DNA from: Lepidodermella squamata
Taxonomy: Eukaryota > Animalia > Gastrotricha
NCBI GenBank assembly: GCA_047495785.1
Contig: JBLDXI010000009.1
Span: 4,774,001-4,838,000, forward strand
Direction of reading: 5' to 3'
DNA: 64,000 nucleotides
Of this stretch, positions 46,714 to 60,110 are shown piece after piece. Below the pieces are notes generated by a model, which saw only the letters and a program-made list of their open reading frames with translations, did no database searches and had not been told where the DNA came from. Every line of letters begins with the position of its first letter. Position 1 is the first letter of the stretch. A program made the position numbers and the translations under genes.

Positions 46714-49523
46714 ATGGCAGCGTTTAACACAATGCTGAACTCAAATTTGAACTATCATCTCAGCATTGCCAAGATTTTTCTATTCCTGTGTTTAACTGCT
46801 CCGAAATCAGCAAGTGTTATTGTTTCGAGAATCGGATCAAGTGAGTTGTGAATGTTATTCATTGCTTACCTAAAACTAAAAATTGGCTTTAAAAATTGAT
46901 GATTAATAATTTAAATTTGATTTGAATTTTTTGAATTGTTCTTTATTTTCTTACCATTTTTCAATTATTTATTAAAAAAATAGAATCGAATTTCAAATAA
47001 AATTTGACACGATTTTTTCAATTTTATGCATGAAATTATAATTTTTAGAAATCATTATTTTAAAATTTAAAATGAATAATTATACAATTTTTCAAATAAT
47101 TTTACATTTTTTGCTCTACAGACTGCTTTGCTGATCTTGAGTGTGGCCCAAATGAAGAGTGTAAGCGACTACCTGTGTGGCCACCCTGCCGATTCGGGAC
47201 ATGCCAATGCAAGCCCTGCTTCATGCCAATATCCCTCGCCGCTAATTTATCAGCGACCATCGACAAATCAGCCTATACATCGTTGATGACGCAACAAACT
47301 TGCCAACCAGTCAAAATGCGCCAATTATGTGTGAATCGGTCGACGTGGTCATGCGACAATTCGTGCACGGGTGAAGCGGGCGAGTTGTACCCGGAGAATA
47401 CGATGTGTGCGAAGGAGCCTGGCTCCGACGTTGGGACAGTACGATGCCTCAATGCAACGTGCTACCGGGCGAATTTGCGCGGCCGGTGTGAGCGGTTTTT
47501 GAATGTCCCACGCGGTCAAGCGTGTCGGGCTGATTGCGAATGTGCGGCTAATATGGCTTGTGTAGCAAAATGCCGATGCCGCCCCGGTCTCAGGTACAGT
47601 CTGTCATTTTGATAAGCTTGAAATGTATCCTAAATTCTAGCTATAAATTTCGTGTCATCAATTCGTACCCTATATTTTAGGGATTTCGTATCATGATTTT
47701 CGTTGAAAAAATCGAAATTTTCCGATAAAACTTGGTTCGTAGTTTTCGGTATTTTTTCGGGGTTTGGCAATTTCTTTCAATATTTTTTGATAAACAAGGT
47801 TAAATTGTTGACGATTTTTTGATAAAATTTGATGAGATTCAGACTGAAAAGATTGGAAATAAGTAATTCTAGAATTTTATAACCATCTCATTTGGAATTT
47901 ATTATTTTACCTCGAAGGTTTTTTTTATTGGCTTCGAGGTTATTTCGAAGCATTCGGGGATTTTCTGAAATTAAAGGGATCAGCATTGGAGGTTTTCAAT
48001 CGCTTGCAATTTTCAACTGACGGAAATTCCAATTTTCCCGACGGGAATTTATTCGGTAATTTTCTGGTATTTTTCCAGTTTCCGGATTCGTATGTATCAT
48101 TGTTGTAGCCAGATTTTATAATTTATTACTAAATTTATCGGCTTATTTGAAAATTTGCCCACATTTTCCAAAGATGGGACGGTCGCACGTGTCGTCGGCC
48201 ATTGATTGGCGACCTATGCTCCGCCCACTCTGACTGCGCTACAGCTGAACCCTACTCGCAAATGGTTTGCCAGTCGAACGGCCGTTGCGGCTGCGCAAAC
48301 GGTTACTTCCCGTCTCAGGTCGGCTACTACGACTCTGAACTCAACGCTATAACGTCCCGCAACATCTGCGTACCCGGCATGTCGATTATGAACGCAACGA
48401 AAGGCTGCGCCTGTACGAGAGGCCTGGTTTCACCTAATCGCTACAAACAAGCCAATGTTTCGTCGCTAAATGACTTGCCGAATGGGCCTGGTCCGGCTTT
48501 GATTTGTGGCGATGGGACTTTTTGCTACGCCTGTCCGGATGAAGAGAGCACGGTTGTGCCTGGGGGCGGTCGGCAATACCTACCCAGCTCAAGTGGGACG
48601 TGTCGCTTGCTGCGAGGCGAGATGAAGCATAACGATCGTAGGTTCCACGTTCAACCCGTTGTTCTTAGTACCTTCTATCAACTTCTTTATAGGTTGTCTT
48701 GCGAATGCAAACTCTCCAGCTAGCAACACTGGACCTCAGATTTCAAGACTCGGCGAATGTAAGTCACTTCGAAAATTCCTTTCTCTCTTAGGTTACAGGG
48801 TACTTGAAGCATTTCTTTTCTAATCTTTAATTTACTGCTTTTTCAGTGTGTACATGGAACTTTCAATGCGGTATGAACGAAGAATGTGACCGTCCACCAA
48901 TCGATCCCGCCTGTCGGTTCGGTCGATGCGTCTGCAGAAGCTGTTTTGGCGCCAACGCAGCAGGTCTGTGCTCTCCAGTTCGCGTTCTTGGCTTAGGCAC
49001 TCCGTGTTCTGGAGCTGGCAACGAATTGTACCCAAGTGGTGCATGGTGCGACGGATCTGTAGTTGTATGCGACCTGTACCACCGAGCTGATCGAGCTGGA
49101 GAGAATTGCATAAGGTCTGAGCTGTCATTTTCGACGTTCGGATCGACGTGTCGAGCAGATTCCGACTGTGGCGATGGTCTTTTTTGCGATGCAAGAAGCG
49201 AGAGTCAAGAATGCGACTGCCCGATCGATACTCAGATTTGGAACGATTCGTTAGCTCGTTGCGTCGAGCGAAAAATTGGCGATCCTTGCTCGAAAAATGA
49301 ACACTGCGCCGGCATTCAGATTGTTGGAGATTACCGGCTACAACCAGTCTGCTCGCGGCTTTTCAGAATTTGTACCTATGGTTTGGATATGAATCGGTCT
49401 GTGGACGCGATTGATCCCAATAAGTGTGTGAGGTGTCCTGAAGATGCAGCTGCTAGTTCGGGTCAATGTCGTGAGATCACTGGAAGCTTGTTGGAGGTGG
49501 ATGCTTACGATAGGTGTGTATAG
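46714..49523 (+). CDS. Secreted Cys-rich protein with EB-module-like repeats, internally duplicated (5 exons)
   Basis: Signal exon 46714/46732-46840; exons 47122-47593, ~48174-48637, 48692-48757 and 48847-49523 join in frame; G..C....C......C....C.C..G patterns. Confidence 0.78.
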
Positions 49524-50066
49524 AACTGAATTCCACTTTTCAAAACTTTATCGCATAAAATTTATACCAAGAATAAAAAGAAGCACAATGAACTCAGAAA
49601 GGATTCAGAGTTAATATTTGATTCAGGAGCGAAAACATCTCACGCTCATCAAATATTATTGTTCAACAGGAGGCAGATCATATTTTATTTCAATGAATCC
49701 ACGATATCTATAATTCATTTCGTTTTCAAATATATGCTGATTTGATTGAAAGTGATACGTGTTCCTTTTAGGACAAACACAGACTCGTCCGCCTGCAGTA
49801 CGACACTTTCCTACGGATTCTGATGACTTGTTGGCAACTGCGCATGTTTTTGAAGATTCTTGTTTCAATATTATTCTTTGATGGTGACGATATAAGATTT
49901 AATAACCGACGTGTAAAAAGCGGAGGCGAGGCTACGAAAAATACTATTCACCTCTAATTAGAGCAATTACCGTGTTCAAATTTTTGCGGTTCGCGAAAAA
50001 ATAGCTGCCCAAAAAAAATTGAGATGCAATTTCAACTTTCTCACTGAACGCCTGTTTTCTCGTAGC

Positions 50067-50348
50067 ATGCGCCTAATTTATACTACGCTGGTCGTCGTGT
50101 CGTTACTTGGTGGTTTTCAAGCCGGCTATACTCCTGATTTCTTAACGAAACTAAGGAAAGTCTCCGGTGGACACTGCGCATTTCTTTTCGGCCTTGACTA
50201 CATTCCAAAAAAGGCTGATGAGAGCACGAATAGATTTTTCGACAAGACTGCTTTGGTGGCGAAACTGGCGGAGCGATGTGCCGCGATGTCTCTGAAGAAA
50301 CGCCTTCGTTTTATAACCTTAGTTGGTAAAGCTTTGCAAGGCGGTTAA
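50067..50348 (+). CDS. Small secreted basic protein, 2-Cys subfamily, member 1
   Basis: Signal peptide; CAFLFGLDYIP ... LAERCAAMSLKKRLRFI; AATAAA at ~50367. Confidence 0.85.
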   Translation: MRLIYTTLVVVSLLGGFQAGYTPDFLTKLRKVSGGHCAFLFGLDYIPKKADESTNRFFDKTALVAKLAERCAAMSLKKRLRFITLVGKALQGG

Positions 50349-51716
50349 CTTTGTTGATATTTTTTCAATAAAATAAAATGAAATGCATTATATTTAGATT
50401 CTGAAAAATCTATCTCCATGCATCCTCCAATTATGCGCTGAACAGGGAAATAATTAAAAGATTTCTGGCCATGAGATGTGACTTTGTCTCGTTTTAGAGT
50501 TTTTGAACCTTTAGCCGTGTATTTTCTTTGATTGCATTACTCACAGGACATGCTGTATCTACGAATATACAGATTCGTCGTATTCAACGCCCTATCCGAT
50601 CTGTATCAAGTCCAGGCCCGAGTACAGTGCTCGCGATCGCCTAACAATAGCGCTGGTTCCCATTGTTCTCCACCGTGCTCGGGCCAACACCCAGAGCGGC
50701 CCGTGTGCGTTGAAGCGTGATTCTATCGAATTTGTTAAATTTACAGTAATCGTCGCATAAGGGCACGTTATAGACCGGCCCGAGCGCGGAGTGATAAAGT
50801 GCTGTTACCCTGTCGCATACGGGCCGGCCCGAACGCGAACGGGTCGAAATCGGGCTCGGGCCCCAACATAAGAGAAATGGAGCAAATAAAGGCCGGTAAG
50901 CGGTCAGAGCCAGCGGCAACCTGAATATCAAGAATCGTAATCGGTGTCATGACCATCATGTGATAAGCGCCTGTCATTCGCAGCTCTCGATTCTAATATC
51001 GAATCTAATCTCGACTTATTGAGCTTTCTGATTACGATCGCTGAAAAATAGATAAAGCTGCATTCCCTCTTCAACAGCATTTACATATATTGCCTTCTTC
51101 AAAGCGACCATTAAAACCCTTTGGGCTTAAACCTCTTTCAAACTGAAAGAAGAAAATGTACTATTTCCCGAGGCTAGGTGGCATCGTATGTCGTACGTAA
51201 CGTCCATAGTGAAGTGACATCTAAAGACATCAGACATCTAAGATTTCGCCTCGAATCTTTGAAAAGTTGCCAAATTCCTTCCGCGACGGATATGTCAACA
51301 GAGTAAACTCCACTTAAAAATGAATTTGTGACTCAGAACATACACGTGACAAGTGACATTAGCAACAATAAATAATGTCCAGGCAATGTAGATCCCAAAA
51401 CGAATGAATAATAAGAGAAAGTACAGCATTCTTCACTGGCAATTCATCGATAATGATTCGCATTCGGGGAAGAAAATGCCTAGCTAACACAAACTTCCAG
51501 ATGACGTTAGCAAGTCATCCCTTGCAGCGATGTAACCCGAGAAGGGATGGTAACTATGTACTGCAGTTTATAAAAAGTAGTCTATTGACGCAAGCTCAGA
51601 TTAGCCGATTTATTTACGCCTCGAATGCTGGATGGAAGCCCGTTATATATCAAGAATTTTAATCTAACATCCCACAAATTGAAAGTATCAGCCATCAAGG
51701 TTTCTCAATCTCAGTA

Positions 51717-52094
51717 ATGCAAACCTCACGCATAGTCATAGCAATTCTACTAATTGCTGGTATTCATTCTTCGATTGCCGGGAACTATATGGCCAAGCTG
51801 GAATTGTTATCCCGGGAGCAATGCGGCAAATATTTCGGATTGGACTTCATCCCAACAATAGAGCTGCTAAAAACTGCAGTCGACACGGGTATCTTGAACA
51901 AAAGCGCGATCACACTGCTCAGACTGGCTTACCGATGTGCTTCTCTCCCACTGAAGAAGCGGCTTGAATTTCTGAAATTGATTAGCAGATCGATCAAAAC
52001 TAAAACATCCCTGCCGCGTTACATTGATAAGCGCAACAAACCGCACTTTCAAGAATCATTGGCCAATTCCTTTCGCGTAATACCGTTATCATAA
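51717..52094 (+). CDS. Small secreted basic protein, 2-Cys subfamily, member 2
   Basis: Signal peptide; SREQCGKYFGLDFIPT ... LAYRCASLPLKKRLEFL. Confidence 0.88.
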   Translation: MQTSRIVIAILLIAGIHSSIAGNYMAKLELLSREQCGKYFGLDFIPTIELLKTAVDTGILNKSAITLLRLAYRCASLPLKKRLEFLKLISRSIKTKTSLPRYIDKRNKPHFQESLANSFRVIPLS

Positions 52095-53242
52095 TATGCA
52101 TATTGGTCATTTTAATGTGCTACACACAACTTGGCTGCTGGATGAGATGCAATTTTAATTGTCAAATGAATGTTTGAATTGTAATGAATTCATTTCACGC
52201 TGAATCTTCCGGACAGGAACGATTAGATTCAATTGCAGGCGCTGTTGCGTCGAATAAAATAAGATTCTCGCGCAGTCATTCGACTTTTACTTCGGTTGAA
52301 ATTCGGTTGATAGCACCTATTTGATTAGCTGAGATTTGATATGCAAGTAGTATGTCTTCAATGAAAAGGGATAACCACATAGAAGCAAAGTGACGCACTT
52401 CTGCTCGACAAATTGGACGTGAGTATTATCTGCAAGGCGTGGCTGATATAAATCACGGACCGGGATTGCGTGGTTCTTAACTTCGACCTAATTTCTACAC
52501 GCTTTGGTCGGAGTTAAAAACGGTGTTGATCTTTCCGTTGGCAAGATCAATAGCCCTCTTGAGCTTTGAGGCTCAGCTTTATCCCGTGTTTCTGTGGGGT
52601 GAGATCTTGACATTCAAAGGCCTCCCATTCAAAGTGAGGTGTATAAAGTGATGAAAAATCTCTCTCTATCAAGAAATAAAAACCGCTCAAGTCCGAGAAA
52701 TTAAATTTGTTTGTTGATTCTATTTTCCGGATAGAATTCGACGCATTTCCCTGAATCTTAAGCCGCTTCTGAGTTTACTTCAGCGGCGAATAACCTGAAC
52801 AGGGCTACAAAAAGTTTCGTATCTTCATTAGGAACGATTTGGGAATCGTTATCATGACAACTGCTTAGCAGTGGCAACTGCATCCATGTGAGCCATCAAT
52901 AGATTATCCGAGATTTCTGCAGAGTAGCCATAAGTTTCTGCTTACCAGACGAATCGTACTTGATCCATATTTTTCCCCTTTCTCCTTTACTTATCCTACT
53001 ATTTTAATCATCTTTTGACGTCCTCAGAGTGACCGGATGCTATCTGCTATCAGTTGACCGAGAGCAGAGACATACGGCGCAAATCTAATCTATTGAAAGC
53101 ATTCCGTAGGTCACAAGAATTCCTCTGCTAGAATTCAAATGATTGGAGGTCCGAGTGATATTTGACCTACCACGCTCAGTAGGATATAAGTCGCACCAAT
53201 CAGTCATCCATAGTAATGCAAAGGTTCAACTCCTAGTACATA

Positions 53243-53563
53243 ATGCAGGTATCACGCTTTCGCTTTGAAATGTTGGCGCTGTTATTGATAGCCTATAGCG
53301 TAACTTCTTCACACGCTGGTGGTTATGTAGATAAGCTGAAGATGTTATCACGACGGCAGTGCGCAGAATATTTCGGGCTAGATTTCGTCCCGACTAAAGG
53401 CCTTCTCAACGTTGCAGCGAAAACTGGACTTTTGAGCGGCAACGCTATCAAACTGCTTCGACTAGCACTGCGATGCGCGGCTCTTCCGTTGAAAAAGCGC
53501 CTGGAATTTCTGAAGCTGGCTAACAAACGTTTGAAACTAGAATTTCATCCACCTGCAAAGTGA
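53243..53563 (+). CDS. Small secreted basic protein, 2-Cys subfamily, member 3
   Basis: Signal peptide; SRRQCAEYFGLDFVPT ... LALRCAALPLKKRLEFL. Confidence 0.88.
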   Translation: MQVSRFRFEMLALLLIAYSVTSSHAGGYVDKLKMLSRRQCAEYFGLDFVPTKGLLNVAAKTGLLSGNAIKLLRLALRCAALPLKKRLEFLKLANKRLKLEFHPPAK

Positions 53564-55317
53564 CATATGGCACTCCTGATTCCTGCTATTTAAGCGTAGA
53601 TATGCAACTAGTTTTGTGTAACTGTTACCAGTTTATCTGGTTAAAATGTGAACTCGTAAAATAAAAAGCTTCGAATTCTCATAATACAGCGTCCAAATCA
53701 CGTTATGAAGTTTTACTCTAGTAGATTTATCGCAATTACCGATACTATTTAAGAATGTCACTTCCTTGGCGGAACCAGTGAATCGACCATGAAAGAGCAG
53801 TTCGGTTACAGAAACAGGAGCTTCATTAATTTTGTTAATTATCACTTGGGATTGTTTGCCAAGATGTTTTGTCAAGTTCTCAAAACGCTTCAGAGTTTAG
53901 CCACCGAATTTTCTTAATCGCTCTCCGATTTTGTTAGTGCGTCCGAGTGTATAACCATTAGCCAGTGAACGCAATTTTTAAGTTCATTTTGAAACATGTT
54001 TAGTAATTTCAGAACTGTTTTCTGCGGAGATACAGCTTTTCTAGAGTCAAACCTTCGATCTCATCATTTTCTTGGGTCAGATGGAAACGTTTAAAATGAT
54101 TAGGTGCCCTGCTAAAGATCTTTTGTTTATTTTGCAATATGTGATATCAGCAAAATCATTTATTCAAATGCATAGTACATAAATTCATGAGATTTTGTTT
54201 GCGGAGCTAAATCTATATACTGCAAGCAATTTACATGATGAGGCGTAGGCATCCAACACGTGCGTGAATGCTAACGTCTTTTCCTAACCTGCTAGAAAAC
54301 TGCATTCACATCTAACATCGGCTAAGATACCTAATTGATACATATAGTACTGATTAGCGCTAAAAGTAGAGTGGGGGAAATTATAGAACAATTTGGCTGA
54401 AAATTAAAATTGATTTAGACCGGCGTTTGCACTGCACGGCAGGCATTAAACGTCCGTAAAAGACTTAAAGAGTGGGAGAACGCCGAACACAGGGGTTGAA
54501 AATCTGTGCCGAACAAAAATGTGAAATCGAATTGTACTGACGTACTCGGCTGTTTTTATGCCAATTTGTTCGTCCTCGTTCGGAAATCTTAAATTCAAGG
54601 AAAATAATTTCAGCCGAAAATTGAACATTTGTGAAGGCTGCGGGAGTCGAACCATCGTTCCCACAGTCCTTACCCAGTCACTCTCACCACTAAGCCATCT
54701 ACTGAACAGAATCAGCTTTCGCAAAAAGCAAGCGTGAATCAGGTCTTGAATCCATTCTCCAGCTCCCCACTCCCAGCTCAGTAAATCTGGCTGGATACTC
54801 ATCTTTTTAGCCGTCTTTTGAGATCCCCTATCGACACATCTAGCATTTTTCATTTGAATCAACGGCGGGAATGAAACGTCCGTTAGAGAGTTGTAGATAA
54901 AAATATTCCCTTCCAGAGCAACTGTGTAGGTTTTTGTGATACTCTCAACTCGTGTATAAAACGAGTTAGAGATGGCTCTGCAACTTGAGATGGCTATGGC
55001 GATGTCTGTGAATAATTATCCTAAGAGTCACAAGGAGTCACCTGATGTAATAGATGCTGCGGCCTTTGAAAGTTACTTCAACAGTCATGGCTTAAATTAC
55101 TTATTATCCCAGTGGTTTTAGGCCAACATTGAAATTTTAACGATGCGTTACATGTTTACGTGTTCGTCGGACCTTTTCGTTGGATAATGAAATCGGCATA
55201 GCTAATTCCTAGTGTAATATGATTCTTATGCCGAACTTAATCGAGTCTAATTGCAATTACGCTGTGAGCGCATTTTCCAAATATTTCGCTTTTGATCGCC
55301 CATTTCACAAGTTTGCC

Positions 55318-55662
55318 ATGGCTAAATTATGCATTTTAGTAACGTTTTTTACAATTGCGCTCCTATACAACGCAGATTGTCAAGAATCTTTGAAAAGTGA
55401 GAATAGACAGTTTTCAAAAAGGCAGTGCGGAAAGATATTTGGCTTTGATGTCATGCCGACCAGTCGTTTACTTGATACTGCTGCGAAACCGTATATTTTA
55501 GGCATAGATAGTAATACGGATGCAGCTGTTCGTCTCGCTCGAAAATGCGCGGCCCTACCCGAGAAGAAGCGAATCGCTTTTATACGTCTGGTCAGCGAAG
55601 CGACAGATGATGGCCGAAATCCGATATCGATCAAGTCATTTATGAGACAATTGAAACTATAA
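55318..55662 (+). CDS. Small secreted basic protein, 2-Cys subfamily, member 4
   Basis: MAKLCILV signal peptide; SKRQCGKIFGFDVMPT ... LARKCAALPEKKRIAFI; AATAAA at ~55728. Confidence 0.85.
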   Translation: MAKLCILVTFFTIALLYNADCQESLKSENRQFSKRQCGKIFGFDVMPTSRLLDTAAKPYILGIDSNTDAAVRLARKCAALPEKKRIAFIRLVSEATDDGRNPISIKSFMRQLKL

Positions 55663-58083
55663 TCTTTTTGATTGTTAAAGCTATATGTAGTTTCAACAAC
55701 ATTAGGGTTGATAAGTATATTATTTCAAATAAATACGCTTTTCTTACTTATTAACGTCAGTTTTTAGAGCTTTGAAAGTTTCCTTGAGCCTTCAAGCATA
55801 GCTGAGAGTCATGCGAACTTAGCGAACTCAGGCCTTCAAATGAAACCGTAGAAAAGTGACGATATGATCGTTTCGTTTTACTACCTTCCATTTTTGAGGT
55901 TTTACCTTTGATCCTGTTTCTCAATAGGTTCCCAACTCCCGACATCAGACGACCTCCGAAATTGTCGATTGAGTATCGTTTTCGCGTTTTTCAATTTTCA
56001 TTCCATTCTCAATTTTAAAGCTGGGAACCAACTAAAAATTCGACCATCATCAAGGCCAGAAAGGAACCTAAACTGCTCAAAGGAACAATGGCAGAATATC
56101 GACAATTTTGACCACGGAAATAAAAACAACACATTTTTTACTCAATTTAATTGGTTACGATATAACGAAACCTCGAACAATTTAGTACGGGCGCGAAATC
56201 GCCTATAACAAAAATTCGCTACGAGAATAAAGTCGTATACATTAAGATAGTTCTGCTAAAGCTGAAAATAGTCTTATGATTTCCAGAAAAAAGCCTGCAA
56301 ATTTCCCCATTTTCATCGGGGTTGTAATTTTCCCAGAAATCGATCGTCGAGACGGACATGCCGAATGGCTCGTAGACAGTTATTCTGGAGCAAGGAGGCG
56401 GAGCTGATTCCTCGTAGCGACGCAAAAGAAGCAACAACGAAACTGTAACGGAACTGCTTCACCAGTACTCGAAAAGTGGGATTGAACTTAAACCTGGGCT
56501 GCCTTTCTGAGAATGCTTTAACCTATGAGCCACCAAGGCCGACACACACTCCATGTTCGCTTACGCGGTTGTAAGTGGACGAGGATGGGAGGTGGACTCG
56601 CTCCCTGTAGGAACAAGCTAGTGCCAGGTAAGCGATACGGCGCCATCGGAAAAACAGCCCTGACCGGCTAACAACCGAGCGGAACCATGAACAATTTCGT
56701 GCACAATGATTCACGGAAACAATTTAGCGCCCAGAACTTGCAAACAATTTAGCTTTAGCAAAAAGACTCCGATTTTTTTAGTTCGATCTCTGAAACCTCT
56801 GAAAAGAGTTCGCCTTTCTTGTTAGCTTAAGAATGCGCACCATCAAATCTTAGAATTTTTCTGCAAGGCGAGCAATGGCACAAAACAAGGTCAGCTTAAC
56901 AAGTACTCAGTGAACGATGTCAAATGTGACCGTGTCAAGGCGCTATCATGGTAAGGTGTCGGAAAGAATCTTCTAAGATAATTAGCAACGGAAATCGGAG
57001 CTTTTTGAACATTCCACATGCCTACGCATTACGCATCTTATCGATCTGAGTCATCTTGAAGCGGAATGGCGTCCTCCAGGCTATGCGTATAGCCTTACAT
57101 AGCTTGGTGTAATCCGCGAATAATTTATTGATCGACAGAGGAGTTTATATTGGAAGTAAGATCAAGAACGGTATAGTTCAGAAAAGAGCCTTGAGGCAAA
57201 ACTGACCAAACTGGAGATTGAACAGACGCTTTCGGTTTAACAATCTCGCGGAATTAACACTTTAACTGCCCAAAATAGACTGCGAGATCCGATATTTGGA
57301 TCCAAATCCTGGGTCTGTCGAAAAGTCCTTTTTCCGGTCAACGATGCGTCGTAGGGCAAAATGTAGGCCATGACCTGGCGTTTCTTTTGACACCGAAGAA
57401 ATAGCGTACGAAAGATATTATACAGAGCATAGCAACGTTATGGGCACCGTATTGAACCTTTCAACAAAATCTGAATGATTCTAATAAAGGAACATTTGCA
57501 GATCAAAGCAAGTCGATAAAGAACAGCCCACCTTTCACGTGATCTGCCAATGCCAGCCCCCTACTCGTAATATCCCCGCGAAGTTGCCGAACATCAGCTT
57601 ATTCAGAAAGGAATTATCGCGAAGTTTCTCTAATTCGTAGCGGCGTTTCATAGGCAGCTACAAAAGCACTAGAAAAACGTTCTTTTAGGTTACGGCATCT
57701 TTTAAGAAGATGGCACTGGAACCTACATATTCCAAGTCATGTAGCTGCAGCTGGGCATCGGAAAATATAGCGACGATATCGATATTTTAAGAAGCGAAGA
57801 AACTAATCCACCGAAGAAACACAAGATGCTATAATGTACATTATTGTAATTTGACATTATTTGAATTTCAATCGAAGCATTGATCGCTCATTATCCTTAT
57901 GTCGTAAGGTCAAACGTGTGCTTTTCAACGATACGTTCCATTATAACAGAACCTTTCATTGGATTTTGAAATCGGGATAGCTAATTTCAGTGTAATATGA
58001 TATTTATCCCGCACGCAATCGAGTCTAATTGCAACAACGCTATCAGCGCATTTCATGTTAATCGCTCATTCCGGACTTTTGCG

Positions 58084-58440
58084 ATGGTTAGATTATGCGT
58101 TTTTCTAACGCTAGTTTCACTGGCGCTTCTGCAAATCGCACGTTCCTACGACTATTTGACGAGTATGAACAGACAGTCGTCGTCAAAAAAGCAATGCGGA
58201 CTGATTTTCGGCTTCGATGTTATCCCGACCAGCCGCCTAGTCGATACGGCTGCGAAACCGTATATATTGGATATATTGGATATAGATAGAAACACGGAAG
58301 CAGCTCTTCGCCTTGCTCGAAAATGCGCATCTCTTCCACTGAAGAAACGAATCGCTTTTATTCGTCTGGTGACCGAAGCGACAGATGATGGCCGAATTCC
58401 GATTACGATCAAGTCATTCATGAGACGATTGACATTATAA
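58084..58440 (+). CDS. Small secreted basic protein, 2-Cys subfamily, member 5 (recent duplicate of member 4)
   Basis: Signal peptide; QCGLIFGFDVIPT ... LARKCASLPLKKRIAFI; upstream region also duplicated; AATAAA at ~58512. Confidence 0.85.
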   Translation: MVRLCVFLTLVSLALLQIARSYDYLTSMNRQSSSKKQCGLIFGFDVIPTSRLVDTAAKPYILDILDIDRNTEAALRLARKCASLPLKKRIAFIRLVTEATDDGRIPITIKSFMRRLTL

Positions 58441-59792
58441 TCGTCTCCATTTCATTGTCAAGCCAATTGATCAAATACAGATGTACCCATTGGCAATCCT
58501 TGATCCTGTACAATAAAAGCTTTCCGTGAAAACTCGCTGGTTTGCATTTTCATGGCTTATTAAAAACTCCAATCATAAGATAATTGTTAAATGCATTCTA
58601 ACTTCTAACTTGGTCATTGGAAACTGATCCTTGATCATTGATCCATTCCCTTTGTTCTATAAATCTACCCAGCTACTCCGACCGAACAGCATCATTTTAC
58701 TTCCTATCCCCATATTCCCTGATTTGCTAGATTTTTCACTTTTTTTGTGTCAAGTTTAACAAGCGGCTACCTCGCCGAGTGCTTACTCAACCCCAATTTA
58801 AAGACGTGAGATAAATCCTTGGCAGGGCTGTTCAAAGCTTGCGAGGTATATGCAACAAACAAATCATCAAAGGCGCCTGAAAATCAACGCTCAGAATACT
58901 AAGCGCTGCGAATAGGCCGTAAGTTGAAGCAGCCAGGTGGATATTTCGCAATCGAGGGTGAAGTGACAACATATGCAACAATGAGTGCAAATGCACCAAC
59001 AGCCAACATCTGTAGGTGCCAGGGCGTACAGAAAAGCATCCCCAGCTCGGCCAGGCGGGAGAAAAAAATGAACATTCAGCCTTTAGCCCCCTAAAACTTA
59101 ATTTTAAGAGGTTTTAGAGCGTTTCTATAGAAGAATCTCCGCAATTTACTCGCTTCGCTCGTTTTTTGGTTGAAATCATCGTTCATAATGGGAAATACAG
59201 CTGCTATAACATGTTCTGCTCCAAGAACCAAGATCGCAATGAGATTGCCACCTTGGTCGTACAGAAGGTACAGAAGCGGAGCCCAAATTCAACAAGACAA
59301 CTACTTTGCAGGTGTTTTTACGTCGAAAGGGACCACAATTGCTGCTATTTAGCCATTTAGCCTGGCGCAACAGTCTTCTAAAAACGTTTGCCTTTGTTTT
59401 TCACCCTGACTGGCGCTTCCTGCTTGCTGCGAACGACCAAATAAGCTCGCATGCCTTGGATAAACAACCAAATTCATACTTCTGTGCTCGGCTGGCGCAA
59501 TAAGTTGCCGCATAACAAAACGAACACGTTTTACTCACGATACAAATATGTTGGAGGGACATTAGACTTATAATTAATCAAACGAATGAAAATACCTAAA
59601 GTCCATGATGTCTGAGAGAATAACAACATGAATTCCAACCTACTCCTCAATTCTATCTCCATCTGTAATGTCTAAATGAGCTAAATCTGCAGGAAATCAG
59701 ACACCGCCAGCATTTCATTTTCAAATCTGTCTTGCCCAATGCCCGTAATAACCATAGACCTAAAATTGTAAACCAATAACAACTTACTAACG

Positions 59793-60110
59793 ATGACCTT
59801 CAAAATAGCCTTTGCCGTATCTCTGTTATTGAGTATAGCATGCTCAGATGAAGATCACGATTTCTACAATCAATCGGCACTGTCCCGCAGGGAATGCGCC
59901 AAGCTTTTTGGTTTGGGCTCGATACCGACAAGTAGGCTGTTGGATGCAAGGATGGAAAATGGAGGCGCAACCGCTGCCATGAGACTTGCGCGTAGATGTG
60001 CAGCTCTACCGCTGCAAAAACGCATCAGATTATTAAAACTATACGGCGATGCATCAAGAGCTAGCATCAAATATACTTTCATTAAATCTTTCCTGCGGCA
60101 ATTGAATTGA
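59793..60110 (+). CDS. Small secreted basic protein, 2-Cys subfamily, member 6
   Basis: Signal peptide; SRRECAKLFGLGSIPT ... LARRCAALPLQKRIRLL; IKSFLRQL tail shared with members 4 and 5. Confidence 0.85.
   Translation: MTFKIAFAVSLLLSIACSDEDHDFYNQSALSRRECAKLFGLGSIPTSRLLDARMENGGATAAMRLARRCAALPLQKRIRLLKLYGDASRASIKYTFIKSFLRQLN

Noticed and set aside
50610-50870. GC-rich patch with repeated GGCCCG/CGGGCC words
   Set aside because: Probably a transposon subterminal relic, but no termini or TSD could be defined.
54446-57400. ORFs 54446-54862 and 56219-56714 as genes or retroelement remnants
   Set aside because: No diagnostic motifs recognised; would need a translated repeat-library search.
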